Shown here piece by piece: positions 62,067 through 64,000 of a stretch of DNA of 64,000 nt (its first letter is position 1; every line of letters begins with the position of its first letter). The notes beneath the pieces are model-generated. The model saw only the letters and a program-made list of their open reading frames with translations, did not search any database and was not told the origin of the DNA. The DNA lies in contig CAKKNE010000003.1 of NCBI GenBank assembly GCA_918797485.1, positions 4,774,001 through 4,838,000 on the forward strand, given 5' to 3'. A program made the translations under genes and the position numbers. This DNA comes from Pelagomonas calceolata (Eukaryota).

Positions 62067-64000
62067 ATGCGGCGCTCCTCCTCATCCAGCGGGCAGATCG
62101 CCCGAGCCTACGCAGTCCCACGGACGGAATCTCGGCGGCGAGGCACCGCGGTCGTCGCGGCGGCAACGCTCGCGGCGCTCGGTGCCGCGCACGTCGCGAT
62201 TTCGCTGTCGCGCGGGTCCGGCAGCCCGGGCGCGGGCGGGCACCCGTTCGACGCCCTCCCGGAGGCGGGCGGCGGCGCGGACGCGCTCGTGGCGCGGGGC
62301 GGCGCGGACGCGCTCGTGGCGGTGTTGGGCGGCAACGCATCGGCGGCGGCGGCGGTGGCGAGCGCGACATCAGACTACGACGTCGTTATGGTGCTCGACG
62401 GTGCCGCGGCCGCGGCCGCGGCGCGTGAACAGCTCGAGGGGCGCGCGAGGGTCGCCGTCTGGCCCGAGCTGCTCGCGGGCCGCGGCGACCGTGCAATCTT
62501 CGGTGCGTGGTCCGAGGTCGTGCGCGCCGCGGCGGCGGCGGGGTACGCCCGCGCGGTCGTGGTCGAGCGCGGCGCGGCGGCGTCGCGCGAGAGCGTCGCG
62601 GGCGTCGTCGCGGCCTTGAGGGCCGGCGCCGCCGTCGCGGTCCCCGCCGCCGTGAACACCCGCGCGGCGCCGCGCGCCGCGGCGCCGCACGCGGCGCCGG
62701 TGCGCGGCGCTTCGCTCATCGCGGACATCTTGGCCCTGCAGCCTGCCGCGGCCGCGGCGGACGGCGGCGCGGTCATCGCGCCGACTTATCCCTCGGTTCC
62801 GACGATGTCGTCGTGTGTCGTCGGCTTCAGCCTGGACCGGGCGCGGCGCTTCGGGTTCTCGACGCCGCGCGCGGCCATGGGAGGGCCGCTCGGGGGGCGC
62901 GCCCCGCGCATCGTCGCACACCTCGAAGACGGCCGCGTGGGCGCGGCGGCGACTGAAGGCGCCGCGACGTGCGCCGCGGACTCCGCGTGGGCGCGCGCGA
63001 ACGTGACGGTCACGGACCTGGCGCGCCCCTTCTCGCCGCTCGTCCACGACGCCATGCGTCGCATGCGAAAGGCCGTGCGCAGGCCGCCGCCGAGCCTCGA
63101 TTGGACGCTCAGCGCCAGCGAGTCGGTCTTTGGCTGCGACTTCAAACGGAACGTGCGCCAGCCATCGACGGTCGCCGCGTGCGAGCTCGCGTGCGCCGAT
63201 TCCCGCAAGTGCCGGGCGTTTACGTTCATCGCGGGCGAACAGATATGCGTCCTGAAGAATTGCGCGCGGCTCTCGCCCGCGAAGGGCCACGACACCTACA
63301 TCCGCGGTCCGAAGATTCCGGGGCCGCGGCGCTACGCGCGGCTCCCCGGCGTCGCCGTGGGCGGCTGCGACTTCGAACGAAGCGAGCTCCGCGACGCGAC
63401 CCTGGACGTGTGCCAACGAGCGTGCACGCTCGAACGGCGATGCAGAGCGTTCTCGCACCTGAGAGATCTGAACATCTGCTACCTCAAGTCCTGCGCCTCG
63501 ACGCCGACGACCCACCCGGCCTTCGACACGTACGTCAAGCCCGACACGTGCGTCGCGGCGCCCCCCCCCCAGCCGCTCGCCGCGCCGAAGAAGGTCGCCG
63601 TCGTCATTACCGTCCACGACGCGGCCGAGTGGGTCGAGCGGACGCTTACCTCGCTCTGGGCCCACGCGGACTCCCCGGCGGGCCGCGCGCTGCCCGACGC
63701 GGGCGACGCCATCTTCCTCGTGAACGACGCGTCGGGCGCCGAGACCCTTCGGAGGCTGCGCGAGGTTGCCGAGGCGCGGGGCAGGGCCCGGCGCCTCGCG
63801 GTGCGCCTGGTCAACTGGGACGGCGGGCATCGACTCGACGGCTACACGCGCGCCGCGAACCTCGGGATCCGGGCCGCGCTCCGCGAGGCGCCCTACGCCG
63901 CGTTCTGCCTCCTGAACAGCGACGTGGAGGTCGTCGACCCGCGCTGGCTCGAGACGCTCAAGCGCCACGCGTTCTCGGATCCAACGATCGGCGTCGTCGG
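62067..64000 (+). CDS. Type II membrane protein with two PAN/Apple domains and a GT2 glycosyltransferase domain; 3'-truncated by the window
   Basis: Open frame from ATG 62067, not in the ORF track: TM anchor; GCDF...CELACADSRKCRAFTF...CVLK and a second similar unit; VAVVITVHD...LVNDAS...GYTRAANLGI...LLNSDVEV. Confidence 0.8.
   Translation, partial: MRRSSSSSGQIARAYAVPRTESRRRGTAVVAAATLAALGAAHVAISLSRGSGSPGAGGHPFDALPEAGGGADALVARGGADALVAVLGGNASAAAAVASATSDYDVVMVLDGAAAAAAAREQLEGRARVAVWPELLAGRGDRAIFGAWSEVVRAAAAAGYARAVVVERGAAASRESVAGVVAALRAGAAVAVPAAVNTRAAPRAAAPHAAPVRGASLIADILALQPAAAAADGGAVIAPTYPSVPTMSSCVVGFSLDRARRFGFSTPRAAMGGPLGGRAPRIVAHLEDGRVGAAATEGAATCAADSAWARANVTVTDLARPFSPLVHDAMRRMRKAVRRPPPSLDWTLSASESVFGCDFKRNVRQPSTVAACELACADSRKCRAFTFIAGEQICVLKNCARLSPAKGHDTYIRGPKIPGPRRYARLPGVAVGGCDFERSELRDATLDVCQRACTLERRCRAFSHLRDLNICYLKSCASTPTTHPAFDTYVKPDTCVAAPPPQPLAAPKKVAVVITVHDAAEWVERTLTSLWAHADSPAGRALPDAGDAIFLVNDASGAETLRRLREVAEARGRARRLAVRLVNWDGGHRLDGYTRAANLGIRAALREAPYAAFCLLNSDVEVVDPRWLETLKRHAFSDPTIGVV

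Noticed and set aside
62270..62322. 21-bp tandem duplication (GGADALVA x2) in the GT2 gene
   Set aside because: An ordinary in-frame slippage duplication in a low-complexity stem.

Overview
This is eukaryotic nuclear DNA from a very GC-rich photosynthetic stramenopile. Psb31, a signal-peptide-bearing sigma-70 factor and TSD-flanked GC-AG introns point to a pelagophyte-like alga (inference). About 27 compact protein-coding genes are separated by AT-richer spacers full of transposon debris. The left ~23 kb holds mostly conserved genes: VPS15, kinesin-9, an EGF + peptidase-S74 fibre protein, an SPX-PRPP-synthetase fusion, TauE, dUTPase, ALY/REF and Sec13. The right ~40 kb interleaves a few conserved genes (CCDC103, sigma factor, WNK, Psb31) with many secreted glycan-modifying enzymes, LTR/PBS remnants and truncated LINEs. 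Three signals stand out. (1) Non-coding DNA is saturated with 8-mers obeying one rule, XY-C-revcomp(XY)-G-XY; alignment of repeat copies shows several are +6-nt insertions, most simply read as stereotyped transposon excision footprints. (2) Nearly every intron I can find is an Introner-type element with a TIR and an 8-bp TSD that supplies the splice donor. (3) An SPX phosphate-sensor domain is fused to PRPP synthetase. All protein calls come from motif recognition by eye; no searches were run.
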